Source of the DNA: Candidatus Omnitrophota bacterium
Lineage (GTDB): Bacteria; Omnitrophota; Gorgyraeia; Zapsychrales; Fredricksoniimonadaceae
Length of the DNA stretch: 41,836 nt
Assembly: GCA_017987425.1 (NCBI GenBank)
Contig: JAGNTT010000001.1
Span: 1 to 41,836, forward strand
Reading direction: 5' to 3'
Shown: positions 1 to 9,108 of the stretch, piece after piece
Numbering within the stretch: position 1 is the stretch's first letter
How the letters are laid out: the number at the start of each line of letters is the position of its first letter
The notes under the pieces: model-generated
Told to the model about the DNA's origin: nothing
Database searches by the model: none
Seen by the model: only the letters and a program-made list of their open reading frames with translations
Position numbers and translations under genes: made by a program

Positions 1-237
1 CGCGTCATATCCCTGCGCAACGACATACTTAAACCCTATCTGCATGGCATTGCCCTTGCCTCCGCGCTCAGGGATTGTAATCACGTGCGCCCCCTTGCCG
101 GCGGCAATGGCTCCCGTGCCGTCGCCAGAGCCGTCGTCCACCACCACCACATCCAGCATGCGCGTCCGCAGCTTTTCCACCAATGTTCCGATAGCCTGCG
201 CTTCATTATGACACGGGATCAGAATAGCGATCTTCAT
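1..237 (-). CDS. Family 2 glycosyltransferase, N-terminal 79 aa only (3' end runs off the window)
   Basis: My translation of the reverse complement from the ATG at 237-235 gives MKIAILIPCHNEAQAIGTLVEKLRTRMLDVVVVDDGSGDGTGAIAAGKGAHVITIPERGGKGNAMQIGF.... It has the GT2 Rossmann start and the DDGSxDxT and GKG motifs. It is open in frame to position 1. The ATG overlaps the TGA of the upstream gene (ATGA). Confidence 0.7.
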   Translation of the reverse strand, partial: MKIAILIPCHNEAQAIGTLVEKLRTRMLDVVVVDDGSGDGTGAIAAGKGAHVITIPERGGKGNAMQIGFKYVVAQGYDA

Positions 238-1190
238 GGCCTGGTCTTTCCTTTTCCCACCTCAAATCCAGCGTCGGCACCCTCCGTGGACGGATCGTTT
301 CTTTCGACAGCGGCAGGATCCGAGACCCAGAATTTTCTGAACATAAGCCATTGTCCGGGAAACTGACGGATTTTGGCTTCCACAATCCTGATGTATTTAT
401 TGATGTGTTCTCTGAGAACATCATCGGATATAGCCTGATCATCCACAAAATTAGGATAGACGGGTTTATCAAAATTCAGACTGAATGTTCCGTCATCATT
501 GCGAAGAAAAAATGTGGTCACGATGGCCGCGCCTGTTTTGATCGACAGGATCGCGGGACCTTTGGGAAGGAGCGCCTTGCTGCCTAAAAAATCCATGAGC
601 AGACCGTGCGGGCCGAAATCGCGGTCCGCCACAAGCGCAATCGATTCGTTGGCTTTCAATTTCTCAAGACAGCGACGGACCGCCACATTCGGTGTGACAA
701 CCGTCATTCCGCATTGCTCTCTCTGCGAGTTAAAAAGATCATTGACCGGTTTATGTTTGTGAGGAAGCGCGACGGCAAGAATCGGATAGCCCATCTTACG
801 GACAATAATAGCTCCCAGCTCCCAACTCCCCATATGGGCGGTCACAAGAATGACTCCTTTTCCTTTCGCAATTGCCTCTTTAAGATGCTCCTCGCCCTGA
901 CTTTTCACGTATGTGCGCACAAAATCGTCATCCACATAACGGACCATGCGGAAGAAATCAACCAGATAACGGCCGAAATTACGAAAGACATCACGGACCA
1001 GACGTTCATCCACTTCTTCACGGTTGAGTATTTTCTTTATGTTGGCGCGGACATTGCGGCGGTCGACGATGGAGACGGAATACTGGAGGTCAGAGAGGAA
1101 TTGTCCGAAAGCGTAGGCCACTTTCAAGGGAAGGACATTAACAATGAATTGCCCTATTTTATAGAGAAGAAACCTAAACATGATCTTCAC
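234..1190 (-). CDS. Lysophospholipid/lipid A-type acyltransferase (LpxL/HtrB/PatA-like LPLAT family)
   Basis: 318-aa ORF with an N-terminal hydrophobic anchor. It carries an HX4E/D-type catalytic motif (TAHMGSWE) and ALVADRD, with an LpxL/HtrB-like overall layout. Confidence 0.7.
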   Translation of the reverse strand: MKIMFRFLLYKIGQFIVNVLPLKVAYAFGQFLSDLQYSVSIVDRRNVRANIKKILNREEVDERLVRDVFRNFGRYLVDFFRMVRYVDDDFVRTYVKSQGEEHLKEAIAKGKGVILVTAHMGSWELGAIIVRKMGYPILAVALPHKHKPVNDLFNSQREQCGMTVVTPNVAVRRCLEKLKANESIALVADRDFGPHGLLMDFLGSKALLPKGPAILSIKTGAAIVTTFFLRNDDGTFSLNFDKPVYPNFVDDQAISDDVLREHINKYIRIVEAKIRQFPGQWLMFRKFWVSDPAAVERNDPSTEGADAGFEVGKGKTRP

Positions 1191-1198
1191 CCAAAGGT

Positions 1199-2365
1199 TT
1201 AGGAGCCGACCAAAGCCATGGATTTGGGACGTAGAGAAACCACCAGATCGGCAATGTCACGGGCCGCATAGGGCTTTCCATGCTCGTAGGCCGCTTTGCT
1301 CATGGCCGACAGGCGCTGCGGGGAACCCAGAAGCGCTTCAACCTCTCGGGCGATGTCTTCGACGTCATCCACTCTCAGGGCAATCCCCTTCTTGATAAGG
1401 AAATCGGTATTGTGCATTTCCTGCCCGGGGATCGGGTTGACGATGATCATGGGCAGACCCTTGGCCAACGATTCTGAAGTCGTCATGCCGCCGGGTTTGG
1501 TGATGATAAGGGTTGACGCATCCATCAGTTCATCGACGTTGCTGGCATAGTCGTAAATTAAAATCTTTTTGTGCGTTTTTTCTTTTGTTTTCTTAAGCCA
1601 GTCGAGAAGTTTGGTATTGACCCCGGCAATGACCGCGAGCTGCACCGGTTGGGAAAGTTTTAAAAGAGATTCGACGACTTTCTTGATGGGGCCGAGACCC
1701 TGTCCTCCGCCCATGATCAAGACGGTCGGCACCTGCGGATCAAGACCCAGCGACTGGGCGGCTTTCTGTTTGGTCGGCTTATCGGCAAACTTCATGCGGA
1801 CGGGAATACCGAAGACCTTGATCGCCTGAGAAGAAATGCCGTGCTCCATGAAGCGTTTCTTGGCGTCGTCCGAAGGCACAATATAATAGTCGACACCATC
1901 GTTCAACCAATAGGCGTGCGGGGCAAAATCCGTCAAGACGCCAAGCAAATTAAACGAATGCTGATGAGTCGTTTTATAATGCGCCACCATGCCGCAGGGA
2001 AACGCCTGAGTGCAGATGACAGTATCCGGTTTGAACGTTTCGAAAAGACGCTGGAGTTTTTTATGGCTTTTTTTGTGAAGAAATTCTTTGATGAGTTTGG
2101 AACGCTTGACCAGCTTGGGGTTATCGTACATCTTGTCCCAAATCTTCGGGGCGCGTTTGATGACACTCATGTACGTGCGGTTGACAAGCTTCTCTAAAAT
2201 CGGATAGGTATACTCAAAGCCGTTGATGCTCATGATCTCGGCATCAGGCAAAACGCTTTTCAATGATTTTTGAATTGCGACGGTCGCTTGGCGGTGGCCG
2301 GACACTCGTGTGATGTACATGAGTAAAATCCGGCGAGGCTGTCGTTCAATGGCAGTAGTCAACAT
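1199..2365 (-). CDS. MGDG synthase / UgtP-like diacylglycerol glycosyltransferase (GT28)
   Basis: 388-aa ORF. The N-terminus RILLMYITRVSGHRQA and the C-terminal TKPGGMTTSESLAKGLPMIIVNPIPGQEMHNTDFL closely parallel Bacillus UgtP (TKPGGITLTEA...PGQEKENA). Confidence 0.8.
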   Translation of the reverse strand: MLTTAIERQPRRILLMYITRVSGHRQATVAIQKSLKSVLPDAEIMSINGFEYTYPILEKLVNRTYMSVIKRAPKIWDKMYDNPKLVKRSKLIKEFLHKKSHKKLQRLFETFKPDTVICTQAFPCGMVAHYKTTHQHSFNLLGVLTDFAPHAYWLNDGVDYYIVPSDDAKKRFMEHGISSQAIKVFGIPVRMKFADKPTKQKAAQSLGLDPQVPTVLIMGGGQGLGPIKKVVESLLKLSQPVQLAVIAGVNTKLLDWLKKTKEKTHKKILIYDYASNVDELMDASTLIITKPGGMTTSESLAKGLPMIIVNPIPGQEMHNTDFLIKKGIALRVDDVEDIAREVEALLGSPQRLSAMSKAAYEHGKPYAARDIADLVVSLRPKSMALVGS

Positions 2366-2368
2366 GTG

Positions 2369-2596
2369 TTATTCAATGAGCGCGAGTGTGGCGCCGATGG
2401 GAGCTTCTTTACCTTCCGCAACAAAAATCTCTTTAATGGTTCCGCTTGTACCGGCCGGAACATTAAAAACCGCTTTATCCGTGACTAATTCAACCAAATC
2501 ATCGCCGGCATTGACATGCTGACCGGCCTTACCGTGCCAGCAGGCCACGGTGGCTTTGGTGATGCCTTCGCCTAATTCGGGAACTATGACATTCAT
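2369..2596 (-). CDS. Free-standing lipoyl-attachment domain protein (75 aa)
   Basis: GDDLVELVTDKAVFNVPAGTSGTIKEI matches the E2/GcvH-type lipoyl-lysine motif (xTDKA), not the BCCP EAMKM motif. There is no catalytic domain attached. Confidence 0.75.
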   Translation of the reverse strand: MNVIVPELGEGITKATVACWHGKAGQHVNAGDDLVELVTDKAVFNVPAGTSGTIKEIFVAEGKEAPIGATLALIE

Positions 2597-2601
2597 AATA
2601 T

Positions 2602-3264
2602 TTAAACCGTATTTAATTTAAATCGATTGGAAAAATGTCCGATCATACTATCTTTAACTACAGTCATGTCAACCGGAGAGCCTTTGAGCTTGGCGATTGA
2701 GGTCATGGCAACATCAAGTCCGCACGGGCGGATCATCCGAAACAGCGCCAGGTCCGTATTGACATTCAAACCGATGCCGTGATATGACACCCACTTGCGT
2801 ACGCCGATTCCGATGGACGCGATCTTGTCTTTTCCCGCCCAAACGCCGCGTTGGCCCTCAATGCCCCCAGCCAATATATCAAATTCTTTCAATAAATCAA
2901 TCACTACCTGCTGCAAGCCTTCCAGAAAAAGCTTAAGGTCGCGCCCCCGGTCGTTCAAATTAAATATCGGATACACAACAAGCTGCCCCGGCGCATGAAG
3001 AGTGATGTCTCCGCCGCGGTCAATCGGCAAAACACTCACTCCGGCGGCGGTTATATTTTCGGCCGGCCACAGAATGCTGTCCGGCTTGGTCATCCTTCCC
3101 ACCGTCAGGACGGCTGGATGCTCGCATAACACCAAATGCGGACTATCTCCGGCTATGACGCGGTTAACAAGCGCCTTCTGACGCGCGTAGGCGTCCTGGT
3201 AATCGACCAGCCCCCAGTCTTCGACAACGCATGTTAATTGATGAGCCTTCATAAAATCCATCAA
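2602..3264 (-). CDS. lipB: Octanoyltransferase LipB
   Basis: 220-aa ORF with the LipB signatures WGLVDY, CEHPAVLTVGR, RGGDITLHAPGQLV, a catalytic Lys region (KIASIGIGVRKW) and a PCG cysteine (IRPCGL). Confidence 0.85.
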   Translation of the reverse strand: MMDFMKAHQLTCVVEDWGLVDYQDAYARQKALVNRVIAGDSPHLVLCEHPAVLTVGRMTKPDSILWPAENITAAGVSVLPIDRGGDITLHAPGQLVVYPIFNLNDRGRDLKLFLEGLQQVVIDLLKEFDILAGGIEGQRGVWAGKDKIASIGIGVRKWVSYHGIGLNVNTDLALFRMIRPCGLDVAMTSIAKLKGSPVDMTVVKDSMIGHFSNRFKLNTV

Positions 3265-3321
3265 CTAAAGACAAAAGACCAAAAACTAAATTTATCTAGT
3301 CTTCGGTCTTCAGTCTTTTTC

Positions 3322-4401
3322 TTATAAGCTTTTGCAAATTGCCTCAGCCATTTCCTGGGTTCCGACAGCGGTCGGATCATTGCGGTCCTGCTTAAGGTCA
3401 TAAGTCACATATTTACCTTCCTTAAGCACCTTGCGCACCGCAGCTTCCAAACGATCAGCGGCGTCTGTCTCGCCGATGTGACGAAGCATCAGCACCGCAG
3501 AAAGGATCGATGCCGTCGGGTTGACTTTATTTTTTCCCGCGTATTTCGGAGCGGAACCGTGGACCGGCTCGAAAAGCGATATCGTGTCGCCGATGTTGGC
3601 ACCCGGCGCGATGCCGAGACCGCCGACGAGCCCCGCGCACAGATCGGAAACGATGTCGCCATACAAATTAGGCAGCACCAGAACATCGTACAGCTCGGGT
3701 TTCTGAACCAATTGCATACACATGTTATCGACGATCACATCTTCAAATTCGACCTTACCCTTATATTCCTCCGCCACTTCGCGGGCGCACTGAAGGAAAA
3801 GCCCGTCGGAGAACTTCATAATGTTCGCTTTGTGCACTGCCGTGACTTTCTTACGGCCGTGTTCAACAGCATAATCAAAGGCATATTTCACGATGCGCTT
3901 GGATGCATACACGGAGATCGGCTTGATCGAGACCGCGGAATCCGGGCGGATTTTTTTAGGTTGCAACCCATTGATCAGTTCGATAACTTTTTTGACCGCG
4001 TCGCTGTCTTTTTCAAACTCGATGCCGGCATAAAGGTCTTCGGTATTTTCACGGAAGATCACGAGATCGGTTTTCTTGGCGACCGTCTTGGTTCCTTCAT
4101 AATATTTACACGGACGCACGCAGGCAAAAAGATCGAGCGCCTGGCGGAGCTGTACGTTGACGGATCGGAAACCTTTGCCGATTGGGGTCACGATCGGCCC
4201 CTTGATTGCGATTTTATTTCTACGGACGGACTCAAGCACATGATCCGGAAGCGGAGTGCCGTGCTGTTTGATCGCAACCTCACCCACCTCCTGCACATCC
4301 CATTCGATCTTGACGCCGGTTGCGTCCACACATTTTCTCATTGCCGATGATACTTCCGGGCCGATACCGTCGCCGGGAAGAAGGGTAATACGATGTGCCA
4401 T
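3322..4401 (-). CDS. Isocitrate/isopropylmalate dehydrogenase family enzyme, best guess NAD-dependent isocitrate (or homoisocitrate) dehydrogenase
   Basis: 359-aa ORF with [44 protein letters not shown] and [19 protein letters not shown]. These motifs resemble IDH3-type beta-decarboxylating dehydrogenases. Confidence 0.75.
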   Translation of the reverse strand: MAHRITLLPGDGIGPEVSSAMRKCVDATGVKIEWDVQEVGEVAIKQHGTPLPDHVLESVRRNKIAIKGPIVTPIGKGFRSVNVQLRQALDLFACVRPCKYYEGTKTVAKKTDLVIFRENTEDLYAGIEFEKDSDAVKKVIELINGLQPKKIRPDSAVSIKPISVYASKRIVKYAFDYAVEHGRKKVTAVHKANIMKFSDGLFLQCAREVAEEYKGKVEFEDVIVDNMCMQLVQKPELYDVLVLPNLYGDIVSDLCAGLVGGLGIAPGANIGDTISLFEPVHGSAPKYAGKNKVNPTASILSAVLMLRHIGETDAADRLEAAVRKVLKEGKYVTYDLKQDRNDPTAVGTQEMAEAICKSL

Positions 4402-4417
4402 ATTGGACTCCTTTAAA

Positions 4418-5476
4418 TTATTTTTTCCCCATCATGGATTTAAATTCTTCAATATTACGCGCGTGGCTCAAGGCTGTTTCGTAGGTGATGAGTCCTTTTT
4501 CACAGAGCTCCTTGAGAGATTTGTCCATAGTCTTCATGCCGAACGCGGCGCCGGTCTGAATAGCGGTCCGGATCTGCTCAGTCTGGCGCTCGCGGACCAT
4601 GTTGCGCACTCCCGGTGTGGCGATCATAACTTCCGCGCACAGGATACGGCCTTTGCCCGTTGCCCTGGGAATCAGCTGCTGCGAGATAACTCCCTGCAAA
4701 GCGGCTGCCAGCTGCAGACGGACCTGCTGCTGTTGATAGGGCGGAAAAACGTCGATAATACGCTCGATTGTCTGCGGAGCGTCCGGCGTATGCAGTGTGG
4801 CCAGAACCAAGTGGCCGGTTTCGGCCGCGGTCAAAGCGGTTGAAATGGTTTCAAGATCGCGCATCTCACCGACGACGATGACGTCCGGGTCCTGACGCAG
4901 ACAGCGCTTCAAAGCTTCGGAAAATGAATTGGTATCACGATAAACTTCACGCTGCTTGATGATCGAGCGCTTGTTCATGTGCAGATACTCGATCGGGTCT
5001 TCAATGCATGTGATGACGACCGCTTTTTCCGAATTCATGAGATTGATCATGGAAGCAAGCGTCGTTGTTTTACCGGTCCCGGTAGGTCCGGTCAAAAGAA
5101 CAAGTCCGTTGGGTTTGCGCGCCATTTCGGCGATAACCGGAGGAAGGTTCAACTCTTCCATCGTCGGAATATAAATGGAGATGCGCCGCAGAGCAGCTTC
5201 GATCGACCCGCGCTGGACGTGAACGTTGACACGAAAACGGTCCATGCCGGTCAGGGCGAGTGAGAAATCCAGCTCTTTTTCTTCCTCAAACTTTTTGATC
5301 TGCCCCTCGGTCAGAACCGCATAGATCATTTTTTTAAGATCATCGCGGTTTAACGGAGGCTTATCTATAAAAATGAGAGAACCGTCGATTCGTAAGACTG
5401 GCGGAGAATTCTCGGTGAGGTGAAGGTCAGAAGCCTTTTCTTTAACCGTCAAAAGCAGAAGTTCTTTTAATTCCAT
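4418..5476 (-). CDS. pilT: Type IV pilus retraction ATPase PilT
   Basis: 352-aa ORF with ASDLHL, Walker [11 protein letters not shown], Asp/His boxes ([14 protein letters not shown]) and a PilT-type GVRNMVRE motif. Confidence 0.85.
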   Translation of the reverse strand: MELKELLLLTVKEKASDLHLTENSPPVLRIDGSLIFIDKPPLNRDDLKKMIYAVLTEGQIKKFEEEKELDFSLALTGMDRFRVNVHVQRGSIEAALRRISIYIPTMEELNLPPVIAEMARKPNGLVLLTGPTGTGKTTTLASMINLMNSEKAVVITCIEDPIEYLHMNKRSIIKQREVYRDTNSFSEALKRCLRQDPDVIVVGEMRDLETISTALTAAETGHLVLATLHTPDAPQTIERIIDVFPPYQQQQVRLQLAAALQGVISQQLIPRATGKGRILCAEVMIATPGVRNMVRERQTEQIRTAIQTGAAFGMKTMDKSLKELCEKGLITYETALSHARNIEEFKSMMGKK

Positions 5477-5537
5477 GCGACCCCCGGTTTGGATAATGAT
5501 GATGAATGGATATATGCCCGACGTCGATTAGAATTAC

Positions 5538-6701
5538 TTATTGTTTTTGCATCCACTGCTTGATGCGTTTGATGCCTTCAGCAATACGCTCTTTGGATGT
5601 TGCAAAACTCAAACGGATGTATCCTTCGGTACCGAATCCGTCGCCGGGAATGACCGCGACATTAACTTCATCGAGGATCCGTTTAGCAACGTCTGCGATC
5701 GGGCCGTATTGGGAAAGTTCGCAGAAAATATAAAATGCCCCTTGCGGACGGACGTAAGAAATTTTCGGCGACGAATCCAGCAGAGACATCATGTAATCCC
5801 GACGGGATTTGAACTCCCGGCGCATGGCGTCAATGCTCTCCTCCGACGCTTTAAGCGCCGCAACTGCGGCCGCTTGGCTGATCGAGGCGGGATTAGAGGT
5901 TGAATGATCCTGAAACTTCTTAATGTAATCCATGATCGGCTGAGGACCGGCGCAATAACCGATTCTCCACCCCGTCATCGAATAGGCTTTGGAAACGCCG
6001 TTGACGGTCAAAGTCAGATCAAAGATCTCTTTTCCCAGCGACGCGATGGAGACGAAAGCATCATTATCATATACCAACTTCTCGTAGATTTCATCACTGA
6101 CAACGAAAATTTTATGCTTTACGCAGACGTCCGCGATTGCCTGCAGTTCATCTTTTGTGTACATGACGCCGGTGGGGTTCGAAGGAGAATTTATGATAAC
6201 GACTTTGGTTTTGGGGGTGATGTGTTTTTCGAGATCAGCGGCCGAAAATTTGAACTGATTGGCCGGTGTCGTCGGAATAATGACCGATTTTCCGCCAGCG
6301 GCTTTCACCATTTCCGGATAGCTCACCCAGTAGGGTGATTGAAAGATAACTTCATCGCCGTCGTCGACCAAGATCGAGATGATGTCGTAAAGCGCGTGCT
6401 TGGCCCCGCAAGAAACCACGATCTGGTTCGGAGAATATTTTAAATGATTGTCTTTAAGGAACTTTGCGGCGATAGCTTCACGCAACTCGACCGTGCCGGT
6501 CGACGGAGTATATTTGGTGAAACCTTTTTGGATGGCGGCAATTGCGGCCTCTTTGATGAAATCCGGGGTATCAAAATCTGGTTCGCCGGCGCCGAAACTG
6601 ACAACATCGCGGCCCTGGGCTTTAAGCTCGTTGGCACGGGCTGTGATGGCGAGGGTTGTGGATCCGACGATGTCCTTGATCCTGCGATTGACTTTAAGCA
6701 T
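5538..6701 (-). CDS. Class I pyridoxal-phosphate aminotransferase (aspartate aminotransferase-like)
   Basis: 387-aa ORF with GAGEPDFDTP, NSPSNPTG and the PLP-lysine motif SKAYSMTGWRIGY. Confidence 0.8.
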   Translation of the reverse strand: MLKVNRRIKDIVGSTTLAITARANELKAQGRDVVSFGAGEPDFDTPDFIKEAAIAAIQKGFTKYTPSTGTVELREAIAAKFLKDNHLKYSPNQIVVSCGAKHALYDIISILVDDGDEVIFQSPYWVSYPEMVKAAGGKSVIIPTTPANQFKFSAADLEKHITPKTKVVIINSPSNPTGVMYTKDELQAIADVCVKHKIFVVSDEIYEKLVYDNDAFVSIASLGKEIFDLTLTVNGVSKAYSMTGWRIGYCAGPQPIMDYIKKFQDHSTSNPASISQAAAVAALKASEESIDAMRREFKSRRDYMMSLLDSSPKISYVRPQGAFYIFCELSQYGPIADVAKRILDEVNVAVIPGDGFGTEGYIRLSFATSKERIAEGIKRIKQWMQKQ

Positions 6702-6752
6702 GTGCGGGGTGAAATCCTAAACGAATATGACACGTTTAATGATTTCGCGTAG

Positions 6753-6794
6753 GAAAAAAGTCTGCCCTTGCGCTCTTTCGAACACAAGGGCAGA
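6753..6794 (-). terminator. Rho-independent terminator closing the alpha (rplQ) operon
   Basis: Minus-strand RNA reads UCUGCCCUUG-U-GUUC-GAAA-GAGC-G-CAAGGGCAGA followed by CUUUUUUCC. This is a stem of about 15 bp capped by a GAAA tetraloop, then a U6 tract, starting 9 nt after the rplQ stop. Confidence 0.85.
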
Positions 6795-6802
6795 TGAGAT
6801 TT

Positions 6803-7396
6803 TTATTCTTCAGATTTCTTCTTGAAAAGCTTCTTGATACCGCCGGTTTTCTTTGCCGGAGCATCTTTCTTGGCCGGTTCTTCAGCTTTCGCTTTTTTCT
6901 CAGCCTTAGGTGCTTTTGTTTTCGCGGCCGGAGCTTCTGTCACTTCGGCATCGGAAACAGTAGCCACATCCTGGGCAGTATTCGACGCTGCAATTGAGGC
7001 ATGGGTTCCCAGCAATTTAACTTTGGTAATGATCGATCTGCTCTTTTCAGTCAATTCCAGATAAACCATTTCCGCATTATCACCGCGACGGTTTCCGAAC
7101 GGAATAATACGGGTATATCCGCCCATGCGGTTTTTAAATCTGGGAGCTGTTTTATCGAAAAGGTCACTGACCATTCGATGATCGCACAAAATGGCAAAGG
7201 CGCGGCGCTTGTCGGCGAGCGTTCCTTTTTTGCCTAAAGTGATCAATTTCTCGATTAACTTACGGCCTTCCTTGGCCTTGGCTTTGGTGGTAAAAATACG
7301 TTCCTCAACCAAAATGGCACGAGCCATGTCGCGCACCGTGGCCTTACGCAAGGTCTGATTTCTGCTTAATCTATTTCCTGATTTACCGTGTCTCAT
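6803..7396 (-). CDS. rplQ: 50S ribosomal protein L17 with a long C-terminal Lys/Ala/Glu-rich extension
   Basis: MRHGKSGNRLSRNQTLRKA... is a canonical L17 start. It is 197 aa versus about 120-130 for typical L17. Confidence 0.93.
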   Translation of the reverse strand: MRHGKSGNRLSRNQTLRKATVRDMARAILVEERIFTTKAKAKEGRKLIEKLITLGKKGTLADKRRAFAILCDHRMVSDLFDKTAPRFKNRMGGYTRIIPFGNRRGDNAEMVYLELTEKSRSIITKVKLLGTHASIAASNTAQDVATVSDAEVTEAPAAKTKAPKAEKKAKAEEPAKKDAPAKKTGGIKKLFKKKSEE

Positions 7397-7400
7397 GTTA

Positions 7401-8393
7401 TTAGCTCTTTATTTTCAATTTTTTGACGTCGATTTTCATGCCCAGTCCCAAGCCCATGGCTTTGAGAATGTCATTGATCTCCGTCAGGGATTTCTTACCG
7501 AAATTGCGGAAGTTGAGCAATTCGGATTCCGGACGTCTGACCAGATCGGCGATGGTTTTGATGTTGGCATCTTTCAAACAATTGGAGCTTCTGACAGACA
7601 ATTCCAATTCGGAGATGGGAAGACGAAGTTTGGCGTACAAGGCTTCTTCTTCAGCGGAAATCTCTTCTATTTCTTCCTCTTCTTCAGGAAGCTGGCCGTA
7701 GCTGACAAACACATCGAGATGGCGCTGAAGGATATTGGCACCGTACAAAAGAGCTTCCTTCGGGTTGATCGCGCCGTTGGTCGTGATGTCGATGATTAAA
7801 CGGTCGTAATCTGTACGCTGCCCGACGCGTGTATTTTCAACATGAAAACTGACATTGGTGATCGGAGTAAAGATGGAATCGATCGGGATGGTACCAACCG
7901 GAGCGCCTTCCTTCTTGTTTTGATCCGCCGGGACATAACCGCGTCCGCGGGAAACTTCGAGTTCCATATCAAATGGAATGTCCTGCGTCAACGTGACGAT
8001 GTGATGATCACTGTTGAGAATTTCTACCATTTCGTCAGAGATAATGTCCTTGGCTTTGATCTCGCCTTTTCTGTCGGTCTTGATGTAAATCGTCTTCGGG
8101 GTCTTGGAATGGGAACGTACAATCAATCCCTTCACATTCAAAACAATTTCGGTAACGGCTTCAAGCACACCAGGGATCGTCGAGAATTCATGCTGGACCC
8201 CGTTAATTTTGATCGAAGTCACGGCGCTGCCTTCGATGGATGAAAGCAGAATTCTTCTCAAGGAATTACCCAGAGTCACACCATAACCACGTTCAAACGG
8301 TTCAGCCACAAACTTGCCGTAAATATTGGTGTAGCTGCTTTCTTCGCAGTCCAACCTTTTCGGCATTTGGAAATCTCGCCACTTTACACCCAT
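7401..8393 (-). CDS. rpoA: DNA-directed RNA polymerase alpha subunit
   Basis: 330-aa ORF with GYGVTLGNSLRRILLSSI in the N-terminal domain and a C-terminal domain with ELSVRSSNCLK, at the conserved position after rpsD. Confidence 0.95.
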   Translation of the reverse strand: MGVKWRDFQMPKRLDCEESSYTNIYGKFVAEPFERGYGVTLGNSLRRILLSSIEGSAVTSIKINGVQHEFSTIPGVLEAVTEIVLNVKGLIVRSHSKTPKTIYIKTDRKGEIKAKDIISDEMVEILNSDHHIVTLTQDIPFDMELEVSRGRGYVPADQNKKEGAPVGTIPIDSIFTPITNVSFHVENTRVGQRTDYDRLIIDITTNGAINPKEALLYGANILQRHLDVFVSYGQLPEEEEEIEEISAEEEALYAKLRLPISELELSVRSSNCLKDANIKTIADLVRRPESELLNFRNFGKKSLTEINDILKAMGLGLGMKIDVKKLKIKS

Positions 8394-8423
8394 ACGACCC
8401 TCCTCAATTGGATTCTTCTTTGA

Positions 8424-9032
8424 CTATCTTGAATAAAGCTCGACGATCAATTGTTCGTTTACAGGAGCCTTAATATCTTCGCGTTCAGGAGCACGCACGA
8501 TCTTACCGACCAAATTATCCGCATCTGCCACCAGCCATAAAGGAGCCGACCAGCCTTCGTTCAAGGTCAGGTTATTTTTGATATATTTGCGGGCTTTTTC
8601 TTTCTGTTCGATGGTCACCACATCGCCGGGTTTGACCTGGAAAGACGGGATGTTGACTCTTCTGTCATTAACAATGACTAAACCGTGACCGACGATCTGT
8701 CTGGCCTGGGCTCTGGTAATGGCAAAACCCAATTGATAGAGAACATTGTCCAGACGCTTTTCCAAATATTGCAGCAAAAGCACACCAGTAATACCTTTAC
8801 GGCGCGAGGCCTTCAGATAATAGCTGCGGAATTGTTTTTCAAGAATACCGTAGAAACGCTTGGCTTTTTGCTTTTCACGAAGCTGAAGACCATAGTTGGA
8901 GAGCTTCGTTCGCTTGGCACCGTGCTGCCCCGGAGGAGCTTCACGACGTTCCAACGACCACTTCTTTTTTAAATCAAGATTAACGCCTTCTCGTCTCGAT
9001 AAACGGCATCGCGGACCTGTGTATCTTGCCAT
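8424..9032 (-). CDS. rpsD: 30S ribosomal protein S4
   Basis: MARYTGPRCRLSRREG... and a 202-aa S4 domain. Confidence 0.95.
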   Translation of the reverse strand: MARYTGPRCRLSRREGVNLDLKKKWSLERREAPPGQHGAKRTKLSNYGLQLREKQKAKRFYGILEKQFRSYYLKASRRKGITGVLLLQYLEKRLDNVLYQLGFAITRAQARQIVGHGLVIVNDRRVNIPSFQVKPGDVVTIEQKEKARKYIKNNLTLNEGWSAPLWLVADADNLVGKIVRAPEREDIKAPVNEQLIVELYSR

Positions 9033-9058
9033 ACAATGAGTATCCTTTCTACGTTCTT

Positions 9059-9108
9059 CCCGAATTTTTTAATTTTATTCTTCACTAACCTTTAGGAAGA
9101 AATTCGGG
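9059..9108 (-). promoter_or_regulatory. Stem-loop in the unusually long rpsK-rpsD spacer (candidate rpsD leader or attenuator)
   Basis: A 9-bp perfect inverted repeat CCCGAATTT (9059-9067) / AAATTCGGG (9100-9108), with an alternative inner TTCTTC/GAAGAA pairing. It sits 27 nt upstream of the rpsD ATG. Confidence 0.35.

Noticed and set aside
85-366. Plus-strand ORF with a His-run (VVHHHHI) at the left edge.
   Set aside because: It is the antisense image of the GT2 VVVVDD motif and spans the LPLAT/GT2 gene junction, so it is a shadow ORF.
3478-4350. 290-aa plus-strand ORF antisense to the IDH-family gene. Similar long antisense ORFs occur at 606-1202, 4256-4843, 20137-20796, 32987-33643, 35239-35742 and 10439-10930.
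   Set aside because: All lie entirely inside strongly supported minus-strand genes. Their translations are low-complexity (R/D/F/I/H-rich) with no recognisable motifs, and the 20137-20796 ORF spans three different genes. This is typical shadow-ORF behaviour.
6794-6997. Plus-strand ORF MRFLFFRFLL... with a repetitive Phe/Leu/Arg composition.
   Set aside because: It is a mirror image of the Lys/Ala/Glu-rich L17 tail codons (AAG/GAA/GCN antisense), so it is a compositional artefact.
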